Shown: piece after piece, positions 1 to 9,869 of the stretch
Layout of the letters: each line of letters opens with the position of its first letter
Numbering within the stretch: position 1 is the stretch's first letter
Source of the DNA: Methanobacteriota archaeon
GTDB taxonomy: Archaea; Thermoplasmatota; Poseidoniia; Poseidoniales; Poseidoniaceae
Reading direction: 5' to 3'
Length of the DNA: 64,000 nt
Assembly: GCA_018659375.1 (NCBI GenBank)
Contig: JABJMO010000031.1
Coordinates: 39,233-103,232, forward strand
Translations under genes and position numbers: made by a program
The notes under the pieces: model-generated
Seen by the model: the letters and a program-made list of their open reading frames with translations, nothing else
The model's database searches: none
Told to the model about the DNA's origin: nothing

Positions 1-1448
1 CCTAAATCAAAAGATGTTGCAACTGTTTCACCAATGTCAGAGCCTGATGCGGCATCATCTTGCGGAGTTGCGCAAGCATTGACAGCGTTGCCGATTTCCA
101 TTGTGTCATCGGCTAACTCGACATTATCTTCTTCATTCCTTTCAGTGACCATTTCTTCTGAATCAAGGACAATAAATACATTGTATTCTCCATCAACAAT
201 ATTTGTTGGTATTGCTCCGTTAATTGTAATAACTTGGGTGGCATTAATTGCCAGTCCAGAAGTCCAAGTTGCATTACCTAGATTGTGGTCTACCCAAGTT
301 TGCCCTGAATCAACACTTAGGATAACTTCAGCCATGAAAGAATCTGTTAAATCTAAAGTTCCATCATTGATTACTGTTATGTCGAAAGGTACTAAGTCAC
401 CCGGATTTGCTGCTAGCCCAAAACTAACATTATCGATTGCTAGGTTTGGAGTTGGTACACTATAATTAGTCCAAACATCTAACGAATAATTGCCACTACC
501 TGAGAAATGAGTGGCATTGATGTAATATGTCCCCTGTTGATTTTCGAATGTGGTGTCAAGGGAAGTGACAAATTCATCGCCATCATTGAAATTGCCCGAT
601 GAATCAATAATTGAGCCATTGGTTTGATGAAGAAGTAGGTCAAAATCTACCCCTGAATCCATTGTTAGAGTTGCGGTTATGGTGTGGTTTACCGGTACGT
701 CGAAGGCAAAAACATCCCCGCCATCAGAGCCGTCAAGACACCCAGTGTAACTAGCAGTCACATTGCTGCCCATATTTGTGGGAGACTCGGACCAGTTTTG
801 CGGAGCATCTTGTCCAGTATTACCATCATTCTGTGGCGAGTACCAATCGACACATGATTCGGTATAGTTTGTCCAAATGTCCAAATCATAATCACCAATT
901 GATGAGCTCCCACCCGCATTGTATGGGAAAACAACAATCCAATATGTTCCAGGAGTAGATTCGTTCAAACTACCCGACGTAGAAACCGACTCTACTGGGT
1001 CGCCATATTCTGATGCGTCCACAGCAACGTATGAACCATTATCTTCGTATGCAAGGTACAAATCATAATCGTTAGCATAATTTGACATTGTTACTTCGAT
1101 GTTGTAGTCTTGATCCATAGAAAATTCATACCAATCCTCAGTGTCAGCAGTATCTGCACAACTAGTAAACGAGTCGGTTGGGTTGGAGCCTAGGTCTTTG
1201 GCGGTGTTAGTTGTCGCATTTCCTGCGTCGCCTGGAGACCCTCCGTCATTTTGTATGGCTGGGCATGGTGCTCCAACTGCATTTTTGAGGTCTTTTCTTA
1301 ACTCATCCAATAATACCGGTTCGCCAAACGGATTCTGACCTTCTTCTTGCTCAAATGTTTCCAAACTAAGCGGGTTATAGGTACTCATTATCGGCGATAA
1401 TGCAGTAATGATGAACATAATTCCAACTAAAAATCGCAGATTACGCAT
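1..1448 (-). CDS. Large secreted/cell-surface protein with PPC-like beta-sandwich repeats and a CARDB-like domain (3' end runs off the window)
   Basis: Not in the ORF track. Read manually from ATG at 1448: MRNLRFLVGIMFIITALSPIMS (signal peptide), then repeats starting C..QNDG/QDDA with DWYEF/DVFAF, DYDLYL/DFDLLL and GTYWI/GTYYI, then PNLAID...GEYNVFIVLDSEEMVTERNEEDN (CARDB-like). Frame is consistent at both ends. Confidence 0.8.
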   Translation of the reverse strand, partial: MRNLRFLVGIMFIITALSPIMSTYNPLSLETFEQEEGQNPFGEPVLLDELRKDLKNAVGAPCPAIQNDGGSPGDAGNATTNTAKDLGSNPTDSFTSCADTADTEDWYEFSMDQDYNIEVTMSNYANDYDLYLAYEDNGSYVAVDASEYGDPVESVSTSGSLNESTPGTYWIVVFPYNAGGSSSIGDYDLDIWTNYTESCVDWYSPQNDGNTGQDAPQNWSESPTNMGSNVTASYTGCLDGSDGGDVFAFDVPVNHTITATLTMDSGVDFDLLLHQTNGSIIDSSGNFNDGDEFVTSLDTTFENQQGTYYINATHFSGSGNYSLDVWTNYSVPTPNLAIDNVSFGLAANPGDLVPFDITVINDGTLDLTDSFMAEVILSVDSGQTWVDHNLGNATWTSGLAINATQVITINGAIPTNIVDGEYNVFIVLDSEEMVTERNEEDNVELADDTMEIGNAVNACATPQDDAASGSDIGETVATSFDL

Positions 1449-1498
1449 GGCTCTCACAATTTCTTGTGCGCGCCGCTAAGTTATCAAAGTACGGTTAT

Positions 1499-3106
1499 TC
1501 AGTTAACAGAGAGTGGTTTAGGAGAGGAAGCATTTACCGCTTCTGAGACCCCTTGTTGATAACGTTTGAAGTTCTCAATAAACATACTTGCCAAATTATC
1601 TGCAGTGGCATCATACTCATTTGAATTATTCCACGTCTTAATCGGCTGCAATACATCACTTGGCACCCCTGGACATGAGGTTGGAACTTCAAAACCAAAT
1701 CTATTATCCTTGACATATTCAACGTTGTCTAAATCGCCATCCAAGGCAGCATTCAACATTGCTCTTGTGTACTTGATCTTCATTCGATTACCAACGCCAT
1801 AAGGACCCCCGGACCAACCGGTGTTGATCAGCCAAGCTGTAGCGTTATGTTCTTCCATTTTCTGCGAAAGTAAGTCTGCGTAAACACCAGGGTGCATAGG
1901 CATGAATGGCTCCCCAAAGCAAGCTGAAAAGGTTGCTTGCGGTTCTTTTACTCCTATTTCAGTGCCTGCAACCTTAGCAGTATAACCTGAGATAAAATGG
2001 TATGCTGCTTGGTCAGGGCTCAGTCTAGAAATCGGCGGTAGAACGCCAAACGCATCACAAGTAAGGAAAATTACGTTTTGTGGGTGCCCTCCTTTGGAAT
2101 CAGAGGTACGGTTATCAATGAATTCTATCGGATAAGAACCCCTGGTGTTCTGAGTTTTAGAGGTGTCATGGAAATCTGGCACGCCGTTATCATCCATTAC
2201 GATGTTTTCTAGAATTGAGCCAAATTTTCTTGTGGTGCCAAAGATTGCTGGTTCGTCTTCTTCGGACAAGTCAATTAATTTGGCGTAACAACCGCCTTCG
2301 AAATTAAACACTCCATTGGCGCCCCAGCCATGTTCGTCATCACCGATTAAAGCGCGCTTAGGATCGGCAGACAAGGTGGTTTTTCCTGTCCCAGACAAGC
2401 CAAAGAAAATTGCCGTATTTTCGCCAGTGGTATTAGCTGAACAGTGCATTGGAAGGATGCCTTTTTTTGGTAAAATTAGATTCATAACAGAAAAGATTGA
2501 TTTTTTAATCTCTCCAGCATATCTTGTTCCACCAATAATGACTTCTTTAGCTTCATAGTTTACCATCACAAAGCACTGAGAGTTTAGCCCATCATGTTCA
2601 GCATTTGCTTCATAATGTGGCGCGTGGAATACAGTAAAATCGGGTGAATGCTGATCCATTTGGTCTGCACTTGGCCTGATGAACATATTTCTAGCAAAGG
2701 CATTGTGCCAAGCGTTTTGATTGATGACGCGTATTGGTAACGCTTCACTAAAGTCGGCACCACAGTATAGGTCTTGAACAAATAGGTCTTCTTGTTTGGA
2801 TAAGTAGTCAACTACTTTCACCCTCATTCTGTTAAACGTCTCCAAATCAGTTGAAACGTTGACGTCTCCCCAGTTAATGTCAGCATTAGTGCTCGCTTCA
2901 TCGACGATGTATTTGTCGTTGGGCGACCTCCCGGTTCTTTCACCGGTTTCAGTAACCAATGCTTTGTGAGCACTGTATACTCCTTCGCCTCGAGAGACTG
3001 CCAATTCAACTAGAGTCTCCACAGGTAGATTCCAGTGGATGTTTCCTGCACAATCTAATCCGTGCTCGGAAAGGTCGCCTTTCGGCTCACCTAGTGTCTC
3101 GGCCAT
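1499..3106 (-). CDS. pckA: Phosphoenolpyruvate carboxykinase (ATP)
   Basis: Motifs TGRSPNDKY, GTRYAGEIKKS, LPMHCSAN, FFGLSGTGKTTLS (P-loop), IGDDEHGW, NFEGGCYAK. Start could also be 3145 or 3184. Confidence 0.97.
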   Translation of the reverse strand: MAETLGEPKGDLSEHGLDCAGNIHWNLPVETLVELAVSRGEGVYSAHKALVTETGERTGRSPNDKYIVDEASTNADINWGDVNVSTDLETFNRMRVKVVDYLSKQEDLFVQDLYCGADFSEALPIRVINQNAWHNAFARNMFIRPSADQMDQHSPDFTVFHAPHYEANAEHDGLNSQCFVMVNYEAKEVIIGGTRYAGEIKKSIFSVMNLILPKKGILPMHCSANTTGENTAIFFGLSGTGKTTLSADPKRALIGDDEHGWGANGVFNFEGGCYAKLIDLSEEDEPAIFGTTRKFGSILENIVMDDNGVPDFHDTSKTQNTRGSYPIEFIDNRTSDSKGGHPQNVIFLTCDAFGVLPPISRLSPDQAAYHFISGYTAKVAGTEIGVKEPQATFSACFGEPFMPMHPGVYADLLSQKMEEHNATAWLINTGWSGGPYGVGNRMKIKYTRAMLNAALDGDLDNVEYVKDNRFGFEVPTSCPGVPSDVLQPIKTWNNSNEYDATADNLASMFIENFKRYQQGVSEAVNASSPKPLSVN

Positions 3107-3258
3107 ACCAAATCGTGTCAAAGGTTGTCTTTCTCCTTTTCGCATGTAAGTACCCCAAAAAATTGTGCTTTGGGCCTGATACAACCGCCGCCAAATTGGT
3201 GAAAAATTATCCCAAATAGGGGCGAGTATTGAATAGCAGTAGTCAAAGCCTTAGTTAC

Positions 3259-6200
3259 ATGTCTAAAGATTCTGATGCTGAAGACGTTACAGATAAGCCC
3301 GTTAACAAACGGGATGAAGTTATCAGGAAGCAATCATTTTCTCGAGCCCGGGGCCTAGACATCTCTTCTTTTATGGTTGAACAAGAAGTGGAAAAGACGC
3401 CGGTTTGGGAAACTGACGTTGAAGAAAAAGAAACCGACATTGCCATGGGGGATGTGGCAGAGATTTTTTCGAAGGGCGGAGAAGATTTTGAACGCCCAGG
3501 GGCAATTCAAAAGGACGGAACAGTAAATAGCGCTCCAGAAATTGATAGCGTCACAGATTTAGCAGTTCATGGTGAAAAGCGGCTTGGTTTTGGCCTGCTG
3601 ATTGCTATGATCTTTTCATGGTCTTTAATCGGGACCATTGTTGGCACAGTACTAAACCCGGTGCTTGGCGCTATTGGACTAACTACAATGGCCATAATGG
3701 GGTTATATCTTGGAGAAAAATGGATTCCTAACCCTAATATGAGGATTCTTGGCGTGACATGGGTCATTATCTCAATGAAACTCATTTACGGGTTAATTCT
3801 GGATATGTGGCATTGGGGCTGGTTGGATGAACTCGGTTTTGCCTCTGAAGATAATATTCTTGGCGCATTATTACTGCTGGGAGTTGTTCTCAACATCGGT
3901 ATTGCTCAGCGTCACGATGAGGATGCGATTGCGGCACAGGCTACATTGATTCTGCTAATTGTCGGGAGTGCTGCTGGTGCTTTGTACGGAGAGTTCGGTG
4001 TCGCCATAATGATTGGTTTGGGCACTATAATGCTACATGGGTTAGCGATTGTAAGAAACTCTGGTAATCTTGCTAGCATGGGTGTTGCTGTATCATATCT
4101 GTGGGTTGGCATGCATGCAATATCAGATAATTGGGTTATCTTTGGATTAGAAATATTACCATTTGAAGATGAATTATTACTGTTTTTACTGATGGTTTGC
4201 GTCACTGCAACTAATTCAACTATTGCAGCCAAATTTGTCGATAAGGATAACTGGTTTTCAGATGCCTTCAAATCTTTAGGTTTGGGCAAACCCGGCCTAT
4301 GGTCAGTTTCTGTTGGGCTTGGAATGATTGGCGCTCTATTAGCGGTTGCTGCAAACCGCCTTGAAACTGGTTACGCTTTGGCTCAGCTAGTGTTGCTGCT
4401 TACCGCTTTTAGTGCATCATATCTTGTTGTTAGAGGTGTTGAGTGGACTAAATTACTGCCATTAATTGTGATGCCGGCGCCAATTCTGCTGTTTATGTTG
4501 TCAATTCTTGAGAGCGGTGCACTTGACTTATCAATTCCATTTGGACTCGGCCCATACAGCATTTATGCGGCATTAACTGCAGCACTAACCGCAAGTGCTT
4601 TGTTGAAAAATCAAACAGCAGTATCTGACCACGTCTTGTGGGCTGGTGGCCTGTTAATTGTGTTTTTACTGACATTACTAATTCCGGCCGATGATGCTGC
4701 AAGCGGGTCTAGAACTCTTCTTGTCAGTCAAGGAATTGTATGGGTCGGGTTAGCACAGTTATCGATGCGCAGAGACTCCCCTTCAATTGCTGGGACTGCC
4801 GTGGTAGGTCCATGGGTTTGGCTACTATTTTTTGCCACCGATGTTGAAAGCAGGTTGGTATCTGCTGACTACATTCCTATTTCTATTGACCAATATGATT
4901 TGGCAATTTGGATGTTAGTTCTACTATCCCAACAAATTTGGGTAAATGTAAAGCATGGTGAAACTGGATTCAACCTGGCCTCTAGGTTAAGCGGAATGTC
5001 TGAATTAGGTGCGCGAATTCGTGATTCCGAGGTATTGCAGTTATGGAACCTGAGTTTCTTATTAGCATTATTTGTTACATGGTCAATTACCAGGCCAGGT
5101 GCATTACCAGCCATTGGGCTATTTTCCATGCTAACGCTATTGTTGATCAGCCATTCTGTTATGGTCTACTTAGACAAACACAAGGGTCGGCCAAGGACAC
5201 TGATGACCATTTGGGGCGCATCAACCATCGCATTGTCGTGGAGTTATGGTCAAGAAGCAGTATGGGCTGGAACATTGGTTATTTCCTGCGGCATCCTATT
5301 ATTGGCATCTGACAAGATGAAGAAAGCTGGCCTTAGTGATGAGTTGTTAAAGAAGGCTGAGGCTTTACCAGGCCAATTGTTGACATTAATGATGGGCTTA
5401 CTATCTGGTTTCTTCATCGTAATTGCCCTCGAACCGCTTAATTTAATGATGCTAGACGGTAATGGATATTTGCTGAGTGAGGAATTGAATCTATATACTA
5501 TCACTGCCATTACTCTGGTGGCTTTGGCGCTATACCTGAAGAGGGCTGCAACCCTTGAGAAATTGTTGCCCCCGGCAATGGCTGCTGTTGGATTATTGGT
5601 CGTAATGGGGTATGCTGCCCAAGTGAAAGAATCCTCTATTGTCACGCTTGCTACAGTATTAGCATTCCTCGGCTCCGGTGCTTACTTGGCCCTGCAGGGT
5701 GAGTTTAGAACTGAGTTGCGTTCTATCGCGAAGCGTGAAGAGCGGTTGAAGAAAATTCAAGAAAAGCGTGAGCGGTTAGAAAAATTTATCGACGTTCAAG
5801 CATCTATTGAGGACTCTGCAAAACCTATTGATGAGTTACAAGATAACAAGGCTAAACTGAAAATGATTGACGTCGAAATGCTTGATTTGGCTGAAAAACA
5901 ACGAAAAAGAGCGAAGAGAGCCGGAACTTCTGCCCAGTATGATTTGGAAATTGGCGATATTCATCATCGACCTGTTATTGTAATTGCGTTCCTAATTACC
6001 ACTATTCTTGCTTCAACTTTCATCGCTTTCACTACATCAATGTCTTACTTAGTCTTGGCTTTTTGTGTAGTAGTTTCAATTCTGTTTATTGCTCTAGCAA
6101 GGCTGCGAGCCAACGAAATCGGTTTGCGTTTGCCGGATGTCGCTGGAATTGAACTGCCAATTGCAATCTCAATGGTTGGACTAGTATTAGTCCATTTAGC

Positions 6201-7152
6201 CGGAAGAATCTCGGATTCTGTTGTCGGGCTTGATGACGCCAAACACTTGGCGGTAATTACCGCGGGGCTTTGCACATTAGCAAGTATTGGCCTAGTTGGC
6301 AGAAATGACCTAGGATTAAGAATTCCTAATGCGGTTGAAGGTGTGGTTTACCTGCTGGTTATGGATCGCATCATGGCCTTGATTATTGGCGGAGAAGTAC
6401 CTGTTATGTATCAGGTAAATCCATTAGATGGCGGAATTGTTGATTGGACTTTACCATTATTATTTGTTGAGATTGTACTAGTCATTTGTGTCATCGCCTA
6501 CGACTGGGTTGAAGGTCAGCGTATTAGGCGAGGTCTAGAAGACCATCGGGGGGCGGCAGGCAGGGCTGCTTGGGTAATCTTTGCTGGATTAATTTCCGTG
6601 GGTTTTGCCGGAATCTTAGCTATTGTCATGGTGCTTCGCCGAGGATGGAATTGGACACAACCGGCTGCGGTTATGGTATCGTGGCTAATGATTCCATTTA
6701 GTTTCACAGGACTTGCATTTTGGACTTTTGAACTCGTTGGATTAGCAGTGCCTGGAATTCATCTGATCGCAACAATAACTGGTTTGATAAGCATAATATT
6801 TGTCGTTTGGACCATCATATCTGATTCCGGAATTTGGCTTGCTGGAGGATTATGGTCGATGCATTTGATGCTAATCCCAGCCGGTTTTGGCTGGGACGGT
6901 TTGCTAATCGTTTCGGTATTGTTGATTATTTGTTCAACAACTTCATGGGTCAGCGGTATCCTCACTATGAGAAAGGCATGGAGAGTATTTGGCGCAATAG
7001 ATATGATACTATCTTGGATTGTTGCAATGGTATTATTCAGCACTGGTGCTGGAATAGAAACAATGTTAGCAGTGTTAATTGCTTCATCTGTGCTGCTTGG
7101 TATTGTGACTTACTTGAACCAGACATATGAGAAAACTATCATCAACGGATAA
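3259..7152 (+). CDS. Very large polytopic membrane protein of unknown function
   Basis: About 1300-aa ORF: acidic N-terminus, roughly 30 hydrophobic segments, and a charged coiled-coil-like insert (KREERLKKIQEKRERLEKF). Confidence 0.85.
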   Translation: MSKDSDAEDVTDKPVNKRDEVIRKQSFSRARGLDISSFMVEQEVEKTPVWETDVEEKETDIAMGDVAEIFSKGGEDFERPGAIQKDGTVNSAPEIDSVTDLAVHGEKRLGFGLLIAMIFSWSLIGTIVGTVLNPVLGAIGLTTMAIMGLYLGEKWIPNPNMRILGVTWVIISMKLIYGLILDMWHWGWLDELGFASEDNILGALLLLGVVLNIGIAQRHDEDAIAAQATLILLIVGSAAGALYGEFGVAIMIGLGTIMLHGLAIVRNSGNLASMGVAVSYLWVGMHAISDNWVIFGLEILPFEDELLLFLLMVCVTATNSTIAAKFVDKDNWFSDAFKSLGLGKPGLWSVSVGLGMIGALLAVAANRLETGYALAQLVLLLTAFSASYLVVRGVEWTKLLPLIVMPAPILLFMLSILESGALDLSIPFGLGPYSIYAALTAALTASALLKNQTAVSDHVLWAGGLLIVFLLTLLIPADDAASGSRTLLVSQGIVWVGLAQLSMRRDSPSIAGTAVVGPWVWLLFFATDVESRLVSADYIPISIDQYDLAIWMLVLLSQQIWVNVKHGETGFNLASRLSGMSELGARIRDSEVLQLWNLSFLLALFVTWSITRPGALPAIGLFSMLTLLLISHSVMVYLDKHKGRPRTLMTIWGASTIALSWSYGQEAVWAGTLVISCGILLLASDKMKKAGLSDELLKKAEALPGQLLTLMMGLLSGFFIVIALEPLNLMMLDGNGYLLSEELNLYTITAITLVALALYLKRAATLEKLLPPAMAAVGLLVVMGYAAQVKESSIVTLATVLAFLGSGAYLALQGEFRTELRSIAKREERLKKIQEKRERLEKFIDVQASIEDSAKPIDELQDNKAKLKMIDVEMLDLAEKQRKRAKRAGTSAQYDLEIGDIHHRPVIVIAFLITTILASTFIAFTTSMSYLVLAFCVVVSILFIALARLRANEIGLRLPDVAGIELPIAISMVGLVLVHLAGRISDSVVGLDDAKHLAVITAGLCTLASIGLVGRNDLGLRIPNAVEGVVYLLVMDRIMALIIGGEVPVMYQVNPLDGGIVDWTLPLLFVEIVLVICVIAYDWVEGQRIRRGLEDHRGAAGRAAWVIFAGLISVGFAGILAIVMVLRRGWNWTQPAAVMVSWLMIPFSFTGLAFWTFELVGLAVPGIHLIATITGLISIIFVVWTIISDSGIWLAGGLWSMHLMLIPAGFGWDGLLIVSVLLIICSTTSWVSGILTMRKAWRVFGAIDMILSWIVAMVLFSTGAGIETMLAVLIASSVLLGIVTYLNQTYEKTIING

Positions 7153-8797
7153 CCATGACTTTGGCTAGTTGCTGGCACGCCGAATCTATTGCAGTTTGGA
7201 TACCACTGTAATCGCCACCATATTCTAGCCTTACGGAAACTGAAATTTTTGCCTGAGTCCCGCTATTTCTTATTCCAATAGACAGCATGCTGCCGCCATA
7301 ATTACATGTGATTGCCATCAAGTTTGGCTCACCGCTAATAGTTCCTCTGGACCAATTAGCAACAGAATTATGAGTGGTTAAAATCTGTTTCAGCAAAGAC
7401 TCTATATTGTCTGATAATTGATTCTTACCGTCCCATTTACCACGGTCTACATTCTTCACTGATTGCCGCTTCTTCCAGCCTCTTTTCATCAAATTTGTCT
7501 CATCACAGGTATGAATTGCGATGAGATAGGCAACTAATGTCATTGTTCCATCTCCGACCAGTGACCATTGATTACTCGAATTAGGGTGAGGAGCGGGAAG
7601 AACGATATGTCCAGAATCTTCTACACCAATTACAGTTGGCATATCGACGCTATCAAAATATACGTGGTTAGATTCTTGGCCAGATAGTGCAAAGGAGAGC
7701 CATCGATCGCCAACTGCCGTTTCGAAAGAATATACTATACTTTGAAACCGGTCTAAGTTAGTTGTAAGCGATAAATCCGATTCTATGCTTGCTGCTAAAG
7801 TCCATGATTGACCGGCTTTGGTAACGCTATTAACAAAGGTATCAGCAATACGATCGCCATCAATTACCTGATATCCCGTTGTTGTGGTTTCAATTAACAA
7901 ACATCGGTCGCCATCACCATCCAATGCAGCGGCAACAATTAATCCTGCATCACATTTAGGTAGTTGTTGAATTAACAGATGCGGGGATTTCTGCGCTTCG
8001 GCAAATGTCCACGTTTGCGTAGGAGAAAAATCTCCAGCCCCGCAATTAAGATTCATGGCCTCTGCTTCAGTACTTACTTCTCTCGCTTCAATGCCCCAAG
8101 CAGACAACCACTCAGCAAACCAAATACTCGCAGTCCCTTTAGATGAGTCGATTAGTAGTGGAGTGTTTAGTTTGTTTGAGCTAGTTAATGTTTGATAATT
8201 CACTGATGAGGAAAGAGTGGTGGCTCTATTTTCTAACCATTTTCTATGCTCTGGAATAGACCATTCTGTTAACTCAAACCGTTTTGCCGGCTGTTGTAAA
8301 AATTCAATATCTAGTTGGTCTAATTCTCTCTCTTCTTGGGCTAAGGTGATTAGTGTGTGCGACAAATTTTGCTCGAATGTGGGTGTTGTTTTGTAACCAT
8401 ACCTATTGAAAATTTTGAGCCCTGAATCTTCGACTGGATTATGACTGGCAGTTATCATACAACCGAATTCTGCATTGTGGGATAGGGTTGCTAAGTGCAG
8501 CGTTGGGGTGGCGCATAGCCCTATTTGTACGACTTCAAATTCGGCAAGATTTAATCCAATGGTTAGCGACTCTGCGAGTTTCATATTAGCAGGTCGGTCA
8601 TCCCACCCCACTACTACAATCATTTTCTCCTGCGAGTGTTGATTGATTATTCGGCCAAGTGACTCCCCAATAAGTTTCATTATTGCCGGATGAATCTCTC
8701 GTTGCTCAACTAATCTGCTAATTGCAGTTTTATCATCAACCTGCTCTAGATTAACTAATCCGCGAATTCCATCAGTGCCAAATAGGTTCTCAACCAT
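7142..8797 (-). CDS. glmM: Phosphohexomutase (phosphoglucosamine mutase / PMM-PGM family)
   Basis: FGTDGIRG, ITASHNP (phospho-Ser), DGDGDR (metal loop), GVEDSGH. GGTGA SD-like site precedes ATG 8797. Adjacent to a GlmU-like gene. Confidence 0.8.
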   Translation of the reverse strand: MVENLFGTDGIRGLVNLEQVDDKTAISRLVEQREIHPAIMKLIGESLGRIINQHSQEKMIVVVGWDDRPANMKLAESLTIGLNLAEFEVVQIGLCATPTLHLATLSHNAEFGCMITASHNPVEDSGLKIFNRYGYKTTPTFEQNLSHTLITLAQEERELDQLDIEFLQQPAKRFELTEWSIPEHRKWLENRATTLSSSVNYQTLTSSNKLNTPLLIDSSKGTASIWFAEWLSAWGIEAREVSTEAEAMNLNCGAGDFSPTQTWTFAEAQKSPHLLIQQLPKCDAGLIVAAALDGDGDRCLLIETTTTGYQVIDGDRIADTFVNSVTKAGQSWTLAASIESDLSLTTNLDRFQSIVYSFETAVGDRWLSFALSGQESNHVYFDSVDMPTVIGVEDSGHIVLPAPHPNSSNQWSLVGDGTMTLVAYLIAIHTCDETNLMKRGWKKRQSVKNVDRGKWDGKNQLSDNIESLLKQILTTHNSVANWSRGTISGEPNLMAITCNYGGSMLSIGIRNSGTQAKISVSVRLEYGGDYSGIQTAIDSACQQLAKVMVIR

Positions 8798-8802
8798 CAA
8801 TA

Positions 8803-9504
8803 TCACCTATGGTTGGAATCTTCTCCATAAACACCCGTGACCGTAACATTTGGCCAAACCGTACTATTACAGCCTAATATGGTACCAGGATTTGTTACTG
8901 CATTACAACCTAATTGGCAACCCTCTCCTAATATCGCCCCGAATTTCCTTAAACCACTTGGCCTTCGAGTGTCGCCTATTCTTAGGATTACTTCTGCCCC
9001 ATCATTTCTCAAATTGCTCAGTTTTACGCCTGCTCCAAGGTTAACTGCTGTACCAAGTATTGAATCTCCAACATAGTTGAAGTGGGGTGCTTTGGCTCCC
9101 GGGAGTAAAATTGAGTGTTTCACTTCTGAAGCATGCCCAACTACAGCTTGGGAGCAAATCCAGGAATATTCTCTAACATATGCTCCGTGCCTAATTACGG
9201 CCTCTTTAGCAATATAGCATGGGCCTATGAAATGAGTTGATGGCTCTACTATCGCACCGTGTTCGATAATTACTGGGCCGTTACTTTCATCGAATGAGAT
9301 TGTTGATGAGAATGACTTATGATCTTGTGAATTTGAAGGGTTGCTAACTAATTTGTCGATTTGATGTTTCAAGGAATTAGGTGATGTTTTGTCAAGAATG
9401 GTCCATGAAGGCTCAGACTCTGGTAGTACTGGAATGGTTGTTGATGAGAAATGAGATAGGCTGGGGAACAGGGCTTTAGAAAATACTTCTCTAGGCCATT
9501 GCAT
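8803..9504 (-). CDS. GlmU-like left-handed beta-helix acetyltransferase (glucosamine-1-phosphate N-acetyltransferase domain only)
   Basis: Hexapeptide repeats plus archaeal-GlmU-like motifs EVKHSIL, APHFNYVGDSILG, NLGAG, KFGAILG, GCNAVTNPG. No N-terminal nucleotidyltransferase domain. Confidence 0.8.
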   Translation of the reverse strand: MQWPREVFSKALFPSLSHFSSTTIPVLPESEPSWTILDKTSPNSLKHQIDKLVSNPSNSQDHKSFSSTISFDESNGPVIIEHGAIVEPSTHFIGPCYIAKEAVIRHGAYVREYSWICSQAVVGHASEVKHSILLPGAKAPHFNYVGDSILGTAVNLGAGVKLSNLRNDGAEVILRIGDTRRPSGLRKFGAILGEGCQLGCNAVTNPGTILGCNSTVWPNVTVTGVYGEDSNHR

Positions 9505-9541
9505 GGTTATCCGAAAAGGTCTATGCCAATGAATCTGCCGT

Positions 9542-9802
9542 TTATGCAGCCACCCTGTACAGCCTCTTACCCGTAGAGTTGTCTAATTTGAAGCCAATAA
9601 TATCAGATAAGTACCGTGGGATAAATAGCCCTACCTTTCTTGTTGTTAGACCATGATTACGCATTCTACGCTCATTAGATAGATAATGAACTATGTCTGC
9701 TGCAGAACAGTCTGGAACTATTGCAATGTATTCTATTATCTCTTCTTTTAGCCTTTCTAGTCTGGCTTCTTTTTGACTTCCTTTCCCTCTCATTTGTCTC
9801 AT
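9542..9802 (-). CDS. Small basic protein, probable winged helix-turn-helix
   Basis: 86 aa. Helix IIEYIA, turn CSAADIVHYL, recognition-helix-like TTRKVGLFI, wing-like STGKRLYRV. Confidence 0.6.
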   Translation of the reverse strand: MRQMRGKGSQKEARLERLKEEIIEYIAIVPDCSAADIVHYLSNERRMRNHGLTTRKVGLFIPRYLSDIIGFKLDNSTGKRLYRVAA

Positions 9803-9869
9803 GTATTATTACGCTTACAAGATATATAATTGCTAAATTGGGATGTCCTCGGGCCCCCAGTGTGAGTGT

